The notes below the pieces were generated by a model that saw nothing but the letters and a program-made list of their open reading frames with translations, was not told the DNA's origin and did no database searches. Source: Candidatus Woesearchaeota archaeon (GTDB taxonomy: Archaea > Nanobdellota > Nanobdellia > Woesearchaeales > ARS49). Taken from it: a stretch of 64,000 nt of DNA. Positions 9,957 through 18,805 of the stretch are shown piece after piece; the first letter of the stretch is position 1; each line of letters opens with the position of its first letter. A program made the translations under genes and the position numbers. The stretch is from contig JACPID010000001.1 in the NCBI GenBank assembly GCA_016188265.1, positions 1,674-65,673 of the forward strand, read 5' to 3'.

Positions 9957-10671
9957 TCTTTTTCAAGATTCTGTAAAGAGGGGAGAGTCTGTTGTTATTG
10001 CGTGCAAGTGTAGGATTAGGTATTCTGGAAGAGCTGAAAGCTTTTTAGATACTGGCGATAGACTAATTATAGTTAAAAGCGATGGGACTTTATTAGTTCA
10101 CCAGCCAGCAGGCAATAGTCCTATTAATTATATGAAAACACAATCTGTGCATAGTTTAATCATGTATAATGATAAACTTGTTTTGAAATCGCAGAATTCT
10201 TTTCAAAAAGAAAATATTAACATAAATATTGATCGTATTTATTTTTTTAATTCATATAAACTTGAAGATGGCCAAACAATTTCAATAATGGGTACAGAAT
10301 TTGATATGTCAAAAATGATTTATGAAAATCCATCTATTGTTGAAGAAGGATTGAAGCCAGTGAGTCAGGAAGAGCAAACAAAATATGGTTTTATTGATGT
10401 ATTGTGTACTGATAAAAATGGTATTCTGGCAATAATTGAATGTAAAAGATATCAAGCAGATCTTAATTCAGTAACACAATTAAGAAGATATGTTGAAAAG
10501 CTAATGGAAAGCAAAGGAATAAATTCTGTTAGAGGTATATTAGCTGCTCCAAAAATAACACAAAATGCACTTAAAATGCTTCAAGATTGGGGATATAAAT
10601 TTGCAAAAGTTCAACCTCCAAAATTATATGAAGAATTTGACAAGAAACAGCAAAGGCTTGATTTTTTTTAA
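9925..10671 (+). CDS. nucS: endonuclease NucS/EndoMS
   Basis: C-terminal RecB-like nuclease motif IDVLCTDKNGILAIIECKR (D...ExK) with NucS domain organisation. The true start is probably an internal Met. Confidence 0.65.
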   Translation: MKMLNTSDYCNLFQDSVKRGESVVIACKCRIRYSGRAESFLDTGDRLIIVKSDGTLLVHQPAGNSPINYMKTQSVHSLIMYNDKLVLKSQNSFQKENININIDRIYFFNSYKLEDGQTISIMGTEFDMSKMIYENPSIVEEGLKPVSQEEQTKYGFIDVLCTDKNGILAIIECKRYQADLNSVTQLRRYVEKLMESKGINSVRGILAAPKITQNALKMLQDWGYKFAKVQPPKLYEEFDKKQQRLDFF

Positions 10672-11543
10672 CAACTCAAATTCAATCTCATATCTTGCTG
10701 TTATAGATTCAATACATCATCCTTCACAAACATCTCTACTGAAAAACAATCCTGAGCATTGATTATTTGTTTTTTATTTAAATCAAGTAAAATATATCCT
10801 CCGTCTAAGCTTGATTTTTTTGAGACTGATGAAAGTATTCTTTTAATATCATTTTTTAGCAAGGTTATTATTTTTGTGTAATGTGAATTAATAGTGTATA
10901 TGTAATTTTCATGAATTATTATAAGTGTTACATAACTCATAAAAGTAGTTTAAAATAATCATTTAATTGTGTTGTGGAAAATTTTTTGAAAAATAAACAA
11001 TTGATCTAAAATTATTCTAATATTTCCACAATTTTTACATTAGAAGTTAATCCTGACAGAATCTTTACTGATTTACCGGTGTATTTATGCAGGAATTTAA
11101 GCAGTTCTAAATTTGCTTTTTAGTTTCTGGCTGGTTTGATTTAACTTTAATTGTTATTCGCATATTAGTTATAGTACGCGCCATAATTTGTAGGACACTC
11201 TTTATGACGCGTACTATTTAGAAAACGAAACTATTGTCCTATTATTTATTTCGTTTTCTATTATTTTAAAGTAAAATATTCAACACCGCACCATTCCAAG
11301 CTATAATCATACTTATGCTCTTCAATTGAATGAATAAATTCTATTATTTCACCGGGTTCAAGAACTCGGTATGCAACAATATCCTCCAATTTACACTTTT
11401 CATGAGTTAATGCACGAGTTACTCCATAACCAATACACATTTCTATTGATTGTTTACTTTGATCTGGAATTTTTTGAAACCATTGCCCTAATGACTTATA
11501 ATCTGATGAGTAACATTTAGGTATTTCTTTTTCTTAGAAAATT

Positions 11544-11855
11544 TCATTTATACTCCCTCCAAGTATGCTTGCACTTTTCACACTTGTAAAAACGAGTTGG
11601 AGCTTCATCACTTGCCCTTGTTTGAACAATCCAATGATATGCTTTAGTGTGATGGCATTTTGGGCATTCAGCATCTATTAAAGGAAGTAATTCTTTTTCT
11701 TCAACAACTTCAATTTGTGCTGATTCTTTTGTTTGTTCTTTGATTTTTATTTCTTCAACATCTTTTTTTTTATAGCCACAACTGCATGAAAGCAGGTTTT
11801 TTCCTTTTTTATCTGGTTTTGGTACCAGTATTGAACCGCATTTTGGACAAAACAT
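11544..11855 (-). CDS. tfs: transcription factor S / RNA polymerase subunit M (TFIIS-type Zn ribbon)
   Basis: N-terminal CPKCGS...CSCG and C-terminal CPKCHHTKAYHWIVQTRASDEAPTRFYKCEKCKHTWRE. Confidence 0.8.
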   Translation of the reverse strand: MFCPKCGSILVPKPDKKGKNLLSCSCGYKKKDVEEIKIKEQTKESAQIEVVEEKELLPLIDAECPKCHHTKAYHWIVQTRASDEAPTRFYKCEKCKHTWREYK

Positions 11856-11859
11856 TTTA

Positions 11860-12498
11860 TCACCACTGATTTTTTAGTATTTCTAAGAGGGAAACAAATC
11901 CTAATTTAAGCCAGCCTAAGTAAGGAATTTTGAAGACTGCTTTTCCGAAAACATTTTCTTTAGGAATGTTTTCCTCAAAATCATGTATACCACAGTTTGC
12001 GTCACCTTTTGTTTTAAAAACTTTTCCATTTTCTTTTATTTTTATAACTCTGTGGATAACTGGATCAAATTTTTGATTGCCTTTAAATACTATAATATCG
12101 CCAACTTTTATGTTTGTTGGACGAGAAACAATCATTATATCACCTTTATTAAAGCCATTTTTAAAAGGGTATTTTTTAAAATCTTCAAGTGTTAATTGAA
12201 TTGGGAAGTATAATTCTGATTGAATTTTTTTAATAATGCAGGTATTTTCACAACATGTAAAACCATTCCACCAGTCATCAAGTGAGCTTTTATGTTCCAT
12301 ACTTCCAGAAATAACTGCAACTATGGGGTATGGCGAACCAAATATTAAGCCAAGAACTGGATAAAAAACGTATTTTATTAAAACAAAAGAAACAATTAAA
12401 CAAGTAAACCAACTTAAAGCACCTTCGCCATACCAAGTAAAATGCCAAAATTGCTTAAAGTATTCCCATGCTTTTTTTAACATAAATAACAAAAACAT
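11860..12498 (-). CDS. signal peptidase I (archaeal Sec11/S26B type)
   Basis: N-terminal TM followed by VISGSMEH (SGSMEP-like) and GDIIVFKG...HRVIKI. Confidence 0.65.
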   Translation of the reverse strand: MFLLFMLKKAWEYFKQFWHFTWYGEGALSWFTCLIVSFVLIKYVFYPVLGLIFGSPYPIVAVISGSMEHKSSLDDWWNGFTCCENTCIIKKIQSELYFPIQLTLEDFKKYPFKNGFNKGDIMIVSRPTNIKVGDIIVFKGNQKFDPVIHRVIKIKENGKVFKTKGDANCGIHDFEENIPKENVFGKAVFKIPYLGWLKLGFVSLLEILKNQW

Positions 12499-12696
12499 AA
12501 TTAAAGTTTAAAATAGTTTCCATCACTCTGGAATTATTTTAATCCATTCTTTTTCTGGAATCAATTTGACTTTTGTTGATGGCTTCAATTTATATTTGCT
12601 TGTTAATTCTTTAGGTAATCTAAAGCATCTAGCCTTATTTGAGCATCTATGGCGAGATCCACATTTATTTGTATAATTAGTTAATTATAAAAAGTA

Positions 12697-13158
12697 ATGC
12701 TTCTTTTTAGTATTATGAAACTGTTAAAACAAAGACATCCAAATTATTTTGAAGGAATCATTCAGTTAAGAAATCCTAGTGAAGAAATTGTAGATTATAC
12801 TAGAAAAACCGCGGTAAAAGATGCAAGGGCAGTAATTAGTAAAATTAAAAGAGTTAAAAACGGTTTAGACATGTATGTAAGTTCTCAAAAGTATGTTCAA
12901 ACAATTGGAAAAAAAATTAAAGAAAAATTTCCAGGCATATTAAAGGTTTCAGCTACTCTTCACACACAAAAAAAAGGAAAAGACTTATACAGAGTTACTG
13001 TTTTATTTAGATATGTTCCTATAAAAACTGATAAAATAATAAAGTTTAAAGGTGAAGATTACATTATTTTAAGTTGGGAGAAAAAAGTACGTTTGAAGCA
13101 TGCTAAGTCAGGTAAAAAAATAGAAGTTAGTTTTGATCAAATCAGTTTAACACAATAA
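12697..13158 (+). CDS. hypothetical protein, possibly NMD3-family-like
   Basis: NYFEGIIQLRNPSEE resembles the YFEAxxQLR block of archaeal NMD3-like proteins. Recalled from memory. Confidence 0.3.
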   Translation: MLLFSIMKLLKQRHPNYFEGIIQLRNPSEEIVDYTRKTAVKDARAVISKIKRVKNGLDMYVSSQKYVQTIGKKIKEKFPGILKVSATLHTQKKGKDLYRVTVLFRYVPIKTDKIIKFKGEDYIILSWEKKVRLKHAKSGKKIEVSFDQISLTQ

Positions 13159-13825
13159 TATTTCCTCTTCCTTTTTTTATTTTTTTAATTTTACCTTCAG
13201 ATTCTAATTGCGTTATAACTAATGATATTTTTGCTTCTGAATAAGGAATATTTTTTCTTAAATCTTTTTGAGATGTTCTTCCGCCTTCTTTTTTAATAAA
13301 TGAAATAATAATTTGTTCAAGTTTATCTGCTGGTGGTTTTATTTCTGTCAAAACTTGTGGCTGATAATTATCAGATTTTTGTTTAACTTCTTGTTTTCGC
13401 TTTTTTTTAATGAAGAATATAATTGAAAGTATGAATAAAACAAGTATTGTAAGCCACCAATAAGATATTTTTTGTTTTTCCTCTTTTTCTAAAGAAACTC
13501 CTGTTTCCTGTAGCAGATAAGTTTCTTCACTAATATCTGGAAGAAGTATAAGATCAATAGTATAATTTTCTTTTTGTTTGACTATTATTTGTTCTTCAAT
13601 TTTCAAATCTGGTTTTTTTGTGGCTTGAAGAATATAAGTTCCTTCATTAACTGTGAAAGAATAAATTCCATCTTGAGAAACATATACTTGTCGTTCAGGA
13701 AAAATTTCAACAACAACTCCTTCTTGAGGCGTTAATTCAATATCATAAATTCTACCTTGAACAATGGCGCTATAAGCTGAAGTTATGCAAGTTAATAATA
13801 GAATTGCAAAAATTATCCACCTCAT
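13142..13825 (-). CDS. membrane-anchored protein: secreted beta-domain, one TM, cytoplasmic winged helix
   Basis: Signal peptide, carboxypeptidase-regulatory-like N-domain, TM WWLTILVLFILSIIFFI, C-terminal wHTH ISLVITQLESEGKIKKIKKGRGNII. Confidence 0.45.
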   Translation of the reverse strand: MRWIIFAILLLTCITSAYSAIVQGRIYDIELTPQEGVVVEIFPERQVYVSQDGIYSFTVNEGTYILQATKKPDLKIEEQIIVKQKENYTIDLILLPDISEETYLLQETGVSLEKEEKQKISYWWLTILVLFILSIIFFIKKKRKQEVKQKSDNYQPQVLTEIKPPADKLEQIIISFIKKEGGRTSQKDLRKNIPYSEAKISLVITQLESEGKIKKIKKGRGNIIVLN

Positions 13826-14040
13826 AATTGCTTTAAAATATAATTAGTATATAAAACTTAAGACAGTAATGAATAAAAAATGGCTGAAAAATCCTTATTT
13901 TCGATAAAAAAACAATTTTAAAGTTTTATAAAGCTTCAAAAGGAGTAATAATTAATTAAAAATTTTTCAAAAATAAGTATATTTATAAAGAAAATGGTTA
14001 ATTTTAGAACTAAAGATTTGGCTATCTGAACTAAAAGTTG

Positions 14041-14079
14041 TTGTGTGAAGTAAAATGCTTCACACAATATTTTTTTTTT
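14041..14079 (+). promoter_or_regulatory. perfect 10-bp inverted repeat followed by T10, immediately upstream of the start of 14084..15163
   Basis: TTGTGTGAAG-TAAAATG-CTTCACACAA then TTTTTTTTTT. Confidence 0.3.
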
Positions 14080-14083
14080 AAAG

Positions 14084-15163
14084 ATGAAAAAAATAATAAC
14101 TGCATCATTAATTACCTTAATTATTATATTGCTTCTTCCAGCTGTATTTGCCGAGAAAGAAGATAAAAGAATGCAAAGAGCTGATATTGCTAAAGATAAA
14201 GCAGCAGATATTATAATAAGACCATATGTAGAAAAAAAGCAAGAATCTCAGAAAGAAATAAGCGAGTTAAGAGAAAAGTTAAAAGAAGCAAAAGATGAAG
14301 AAGTAAGATCAGAATTAAAAGAAGCTATTAAAGAAAGACAAAAAATAACAGAAACACAAGTAAAAGAATTAAGAGAACGTGTAAAAGAAAGAAGTGTTGA
14401 AAAAGAAAAAATAAAACAGTTTTCAGAAGAAACGCGCAAACAATATAAAACAATAAAGGAAAAAGCAAATGAAACAAAAGAAAGATTAAAGGATGTGCGA
14501 GAAAAATCAAAAGAATGTAAAGATAAAGCATCAGAAGAATGTAAAAAATTAAGTGAGAAAGTTAAAGAGAACGCAAATGATTTCTTATTAAGAACATCTG
14601 AACAAATTATTGGTTTATTAAGTAAAGCAAAAGAAAATGTAGAACGTTCTCCGCTTGATCAGGAACAAAAACAAGAAGCATTAGCCAGACTTGATTCTAG
14701 AATTGAAGAAGTTGCAAAATTAAAAGAAACTTTAGCAACAGATGAAAATGTAACAAAAAAAGAAGTAAAAGAAGCTTCAAGATTAATGAGAGAAGAATGG
14801 CAAAAAGCAAAACAAGATGTACGTAGTGCAGTAGGTTTAGTAGCAGCTTCAAAAATAGGCGGAGTGCTGAAAAGAAGTGAAAAATTAGAAGAAAAATTAA
14901 ATAAAATTGTTGAAAGAGCAAAAGAAACTGGAGAAAATACACAAACAATAGAATCATTATTAAAAGAATTTAAAGTATATGTTGAGAAAGCAAAAGCATT
15001 GCATAAAGAAGCGCAGGAATTATTTATAAAAGAAAAAACAAGTGAAACAATGCAAGAAGCAACAGAAAAATTAAAATTAGCACAGGAAGAACTTAAAAAT
15101 GCCCAAGAAGTGCTTAAAAAAATAACATTAGAACTTAGAAAAAAACAAGGAGATAAAAAATGA
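14084..15163 (+). CDS. secreted Lys/Glu-rich coiled-coil protein
   Basis: Signal peptide MKKIITASLITLIIILLLPAVFA followed by low-complexity KE-rich heptad-like sequence. Confidence 0.5.
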   Translation: MKKIITASLITLIIILLLPAVFAEKEDKRMQRADIAKDKAADIIIRPYVEKKQESQKEISELREKLKEAKDEEVRSELKEAIKERQKITETQVKELRERVKERSVEKEKIKQFSEETRKQYKTIKEKANETKERLKDVREKSKECKDKASEECKKLSEKVKENANDFLLRTSEQIIGLLSKAKENVERSPLDQEQKQEALARLDSRIEEVAKLKETLATDENVTKKEVKEASRLMREEWQKAKQDVRSAVGLVAASKIGGVLKRSEKLEEKLNKIVERAKETGENTQTIESLLKEFKVYVEKAKALHKEAQELFIKEKTSETMQEATEKLKLAQEELKNAQEVLKKITLELRKKQGDKK

Positions 15164-15384
15164 AAAATTTAGGATTGCTAATGATATTATTATTGCTTAT
15201 ATCTGCTTGCCAAAAACCTTTAGCTAAAGAATCTAAAGCTCCTGAGTTTAATAATGAAGTAAGTGAAGGAGCGCAAACAGTAGAAAAAGAATTAAATGAA
15301 GTATCTCAAGTAAATGAAGAACTTGAAATAAATGAATTAGATGATTTAGATCAAGAATTAAAATCTTTAGAAGAGTTGGAATAA
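15160..15384 (+). CDS. small acidic putative lipoprotein
   Basis: MKNLGLLMILLLLISAC lipobox-like start. ATGA overlap with the upstream gene. Confidence 0.4.
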   Translation: MKNLGLLMILLLLISACQKPLAKESKAPEFNNEVSEGAQTVEKELNEVSQVNEELEINELDDLDQELKSLEELE

Positions 15385-15574
15385 CAAAACATCACAACAT
15401 TTCCAACATTATTGGTTTTCTCTTTTTTCTTATTGCATTAAACCCTCGATTATTTGTTTCCCTTCACAAAACAAATATAGAGTGTAAAACTTTGAGAGTT
15501 TTATCGATTTGCTGCAAGTTCTAAAAATACTATTCTGTGAATGCAAAGATTTATATATCAATTGATATATTGTA

Positions 15575-15859
15575 TTGTGTATGAAAGCTGAACTTTTAGA
15601 GAATCCTTTTGTAAGATCTCCTACTTTAGATACTGTTTTGATGGTGGAAAGAATTATAGAAGAAAATAGTGGAGAATATAACAGAACTGAACTATGGAAA
15701 AACTTACCAAGAAAAGTAATGTGGCAGACTTTTCTCGTCATTTTGGATTATTTAGAAAACATTAACAAAATTGCTTTTGATAAAGAAGGAAAAATTGCCT
15801 ACATATGGAATCCTGATCTTGCAAAAAAGCTTAGACAAAGAAAGGAGATTAAAGTATGA
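15575..15859 (+). CDS. putative antitoxin, small winged-helix protein (paralog of 4760..5071)
   Basis: Paralogy with 4760..5071. 4-nt ATGA overlap with the downstream RelE-like gene. GGAG Shine-Dalgarno-like motif before the toxin start. Confidence 0.5.
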   Translation: MCMKAELLENPFVRSPTLDTVLMVERIIEENSGEYNRTELWKNLPRKVMWQTFLVILDYLENINKIAFDKEGKIAYIWNPDLAKKLRQRKEIKV

Positions 15860-16182
15860 TTAAGGCATCAAAAGTCGTATTTATCTCGCAAGAGTTAGAA
15901 GACGACTTCAACTCACTTAAACCAGATGATCCCATCAAGAAAGCAATGATTAGAGCCATTCAAGACTTAAAACAAAATGCGTTCTCAGGAATACAAGTAC
16001 CAAAAAGACTGTTTCCTAAGGAATATGTTCAAAAGTATGGAATAACCAACTTATGGAAATACGACCTACCTAGAGGCTGGAGACTTTTGTATACAATAAC
16101 TGCAGACAACGAAGTAGACTTAATCTCAGCAATTCTAGAATGGTTCAACCATAAAGATTACGAAAGAAAATTTAGATATTAG
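15856..16182 (+). CDS. RelE/ParE-superfamily toxin
   Basis: VVFISQELEDDFNSLKPDDPIKKAMIRAIQDLKQNAF...NLWKYDLPRGWRLLYTITADNEVDLISAILEWFNHKDYERKF fits the RelE/YoeB pattern. Confidence 0.6.
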   Translation: MIKASKVVFISQELEDDFNSLKPDDPIKKAMIRAIQDLKQNAFSGIQVPKRLFPKEYVQKYGITNLWKYDLPRGWRLLYTITADNEVDLISAILEWFNHKDYERKFRY

Positions 16183-16204
16183 TATAATTCACCCAATAAT
16201 TGAC

Positions 16205-16987
16205 TTAATTGTTGAGTGTGAACTGTTGAAGGATATTTGAGCATTTGGTTTGTTCTCTTGTTTTTCGAGTTGTATTTTTGTGTTTCCATATTTTATTGAA
16301 ATATTCTTGGTACATTTGGCTTATTTGTTTTGATCTTATTAAGTAGCCTATTGGTTTTTCTGACCAAGCTATTAATGCTACTTTGCTTTGGCATATACTT
16401 ATATCTGAAGGTATTGGAAAGTCTGCATATTTCATGTGTAGTATTTTTCTTCCAATAAATAATTCTTTGATATCTTTTTGGGCGATTCCTCTGACGTATA
16501 AACCTTTTTCAGCCCTTTTAATGTCAAATTTTCTGAAAAAGTCTTGTATTTCTTTATTTTTATCTTTTAAGTATGTTGCAAAAAAATAGTATTCATCGCC
16601 TTTTTTTGCATCTTCAATAAGTAAAGTAAGCATCACCATAATTCCTTTAATTCCTTCAAAAATCTCAGCTTCTTGTCTTTCAACACCTTTTCGTTTTATT
16701 TCAAGTTCTGGAAGAATGTTGGACAATCTTTTTTTCTTTTCTTCAATAAAATCGAGTAATTGCTTTGGAGGAACTGCTTGGTATTGCTTGATTTTTCCTT
16801 TTTTAATGTATGAAACCAGTCCTTTTTCGATTAATGTGTTTATTGAATTATGAACTGCTGAACTTGCCATTCCTGATTTCTCTATTATTGCGCCAACTTT
16901 TGTAGTTCCGAGTTCAAGAAGAGTTAGGTATGTTTTGATCTCTCCTTTACTAAGCCCTAAATCTTCAAGTATTAAAGTATCCATCAA
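16205..16987 (-). CDS. TrmB-family HTH transcriptional regulator (paralog 2)
   Basis: LSKGEIKTYLTLLELGTTKVGAIIEKSGMASSAVHNSINTLIEKGLVSY. A/C-ending codon usage. Confidence 0.7.
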   Translation of the reverse strand: MMDTLILEDLGLSKGEIKTYLTLLELGTTKVGAIIEKSGMASSAVHNSINTLIEKGLVSYIKKGKIKQYQAVPPKQLLDFIEEKKKRLSNILPELEIKRKGVERQEAEIFEGIKGIMVMLTLLIEDAKKGDEYYFFATYLKDKNKEIQDFFRKFDIKRAEKGLYVRGIAQKDIKELFIGRKILHMKYADFPIPSDISICQSKVALIAWSEKPIGYLIRSKQISQMYQEYFNKIWKHKNTTRKTREQTKCSNILQQFTLNN

Positions 16988-17085
16988 AACTTCATAGTTT
17001 AATCTTATTTATAAAATTTTCTATTTAACTCTCTATTTTTAGAGAGTTAATATTTATATACTCTAACATTAACTATTATAAAGTA

Positions 17086-17742
17086 ATGAATTGGAGGTGT
17101 TTCAAAATGAACCTTAAACAAAAAATACAAAACATATTACTTGCAACAACACTCACTTTTACAGGTTGTGCTGAAACAAAACCTTTTGGAAAAGTAGCAA
17201 GCTACTACGACACCAAAGGACAACCAACAGCAACAATAGCTGGAGGAGCTACAGACTTACCACTAGGAACTAAACTATTTGGATTTGCAGATGTTGAAAC
17301 AGAAAAAGAAAATCCAGATAACTTACAAAATCCTTACATAGAACTTCAACTTTCAAAAAAAGCAAGCAATGGTCTAGGAATAGCTACAGAATACAACAGA
17401 AATTTCTCACTTGAAAAAGGAATTACAAGAGCTGGATTTGTTTATGAACCAAATCTTGCAGAAATACTAAAAAATACAAGAATAGGATTAAAATTCTACC
17501 CAACAGCCACAGACAATCATGGAATGCAAGCAGGATTCTATGGAAGCAAAAGCTTCAACAAAGGAGACATAACTCTTGATACATTTCTTGACTACAATAT
17601 AGATGCAAAAAGAATTGTCAGTGACTTACAAGTTGGAAAAAAACTTGGAGAAAACTTCTACTTTGTATTAGAAGGAAGACACAACGGATTCAAGAAAAAA
17701 GACAAAGAAGGCTTAGGAATTGGATTTGAATGGAGATGGTGA
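17086..17742 (+). CDS. putative lipoprotein with beta-rich, OMP-like composition
   Basis: Lipobox LTFTGCAE, alternating beta-strand-like segments, aromatic C-terminus GFEWRW. The start is more likely the second Met, at 17107. A/C-ending codon usage unlike neighbouring genes. Confidence 0.5.
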   Translation: MNWRCFKMNLKQKIQNILLATTLTFTGCAETKPFGKVASYYDTKGQPTATIAGGATDLPLGTKLFGFADVETEKENPDNLQNPYIELQLSKKASNGLGIATEYNRNFSLEKGITRAGFVYEPNLAEILKNTRIGLKFYPTATDNHGMQAGFYGSKSFNKGDITLDTFLDYNIDAKRIVSDLQVGKKLGENFYFVLEGRHNGFKKKDKEGLGIGFEWRW

Positions 17743-17802
17743 TTTAAAATTATTAGTGATATTTTTGGGGAGAAACTGGCATTTTAAGCTGGTTTTCTCT
17801 TC

Positions 17803-18153
17803 TTATTTTCTAACATAAAGATCAACTCTGCAAGGCCCAAAACCAATCCTATCACAAGTTTGTCCTCTATCTTTTAGCATTTGATAACCTTCTTGAGAAA
17901 TTATTATCAAATACTTTGTTATTGCTTCAAAACAAGCACCTTTAGGCAGACTTTCCATTTCAACAAAAAGATTATTTTGTAATCTTCCAAGAAATAACTC
18001 AATTTCTCTCATCGGATTCAATTCTGCAGGTAATTCTCTAACTTTAGCTGTTCCTTTAAGAGTTTCATGCTCAAGCATAGACAATTCATCAACACACAAA
18101 TCAATACCAATCTCTAAACCAAGACTTATACTCGCTTTCATTTTAACAAGCAA
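17803..18153 (-). CDS. hypothetical protein
   Basis: 116-aa ORF with host-like codon usage. No motif recognised. Confidence 0.35.
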   Translation of the reverse strand: MLVKMKASISLGLEIGIDLCVDELSMLEHETLKGTAKVRELPAELNPMREIELFLGRLQNNLFVEMESLPKGACFEAITKYLIIISQEGYQMLKDRGQTCDRIGFGPCRVDLYVRK

Positions 18154-18244
18154 ATAACATTGTTAAATTTAAAATTATTGATTAAAAAAGAAAAATAAAG
18201 AGAAGACACCAACCAATTTAGTGATTGATACTCTCTTAATGTCA

Positions 18245-18805
18245 CTAAAAATAAACAGTAGTCTTTTTTAGACTGTTTAGATATTCTCTTGGGTTTTTAA
18301 AGCCTAATACTTCTAGTACTTCTATTGCTGCTTTGTTTACTTGAGAAGAACCAAAAAAGTCTCTTATATCATAATGTTTTGTTATATCCTTTAGCCCTTT
18401 AATAAATGCTTTTTTTAGTTTTTCTTGAGTTTGAGTTGAGCGTGGATGATATCTTATAGGTTTAGGTGTGTAATTGTAATCTCCCCAATAACTTCCTCCC
18501 CTAAATGTCCTCTGTTCAGGCTGGTAACTTCTAGTTCTATTAATTTGTTGAATTAAATCTTTTAAACAAGGAGCTTTTTCTCTTGACACATTTGAGGCAC
18601 TAATAATAATACCATAGTGAACTCTGCTTAGAAAAGGATTTTTAAAACTTTTATATTCATTAATTCTATGAGTTTTTACAAGTAATTCTAAAACTTTTAA
18701 TGGATCTTCTCTACAATACCAAATTTCTTTAGGTACTGAATAAATATATCCATCACTGTCTTCAAGAATTCCTTCTAAACTTATTTTGGTTGGCATTTTT
18801 TCCAT
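18245..18805 (-). CDS. hypothetical protein (downstream member of an overlapping pair)
   Basis: Overlaps the upstream ORF by 25 nt in a different frame. Confidence 0.4.
   Translation of the reverse strand: MEKMPTKISLEGILEDSDGYIYSVPKEIWYCREDPLKVLELLVKTHRINEYKSFKNPFLSRVHYGIIISASNVSREKAPCLKDLIQQINRTRSYQPEQRTFRGGSYWGDYNYTPKPIRYHPRSTQTQEKLKKAFIKGLKDITKHYDIRDFFGSSQVNKAAIEVLEVLGFKNPREYLNSLKKTTVYF

Noticed and set aside
14248-14957. Antisense ORFs 14248..14439, 14328..14531 and 14697..14957 (plus 21823..22110 inside the second KE-rich gene)
   Set aside because: They are low-complexity Leu/Phe-rich translations of the reverse strand of A/G-rich KE-repeat genes. That is a typical artefact of such repeats.
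14084-15163. Periodic short repeats that might suggest a CRISPR-like array
   Set aside because: The periodicity comes from a Lys/Glu-rich coiled-coil coding sequence with a signal peptide. It lacks regular repeat-spacer spacing. No CRISPR array or cas gene was found anywhere in the window.
15430-15741. Minus-strand ORF overlapping the putative antitoxin gene
   Set aside because: The plus-strand ORF has a clear paralog (4760..5071) and is ATGA-coupled to the RelE-like gene. The minus ORF has neither.
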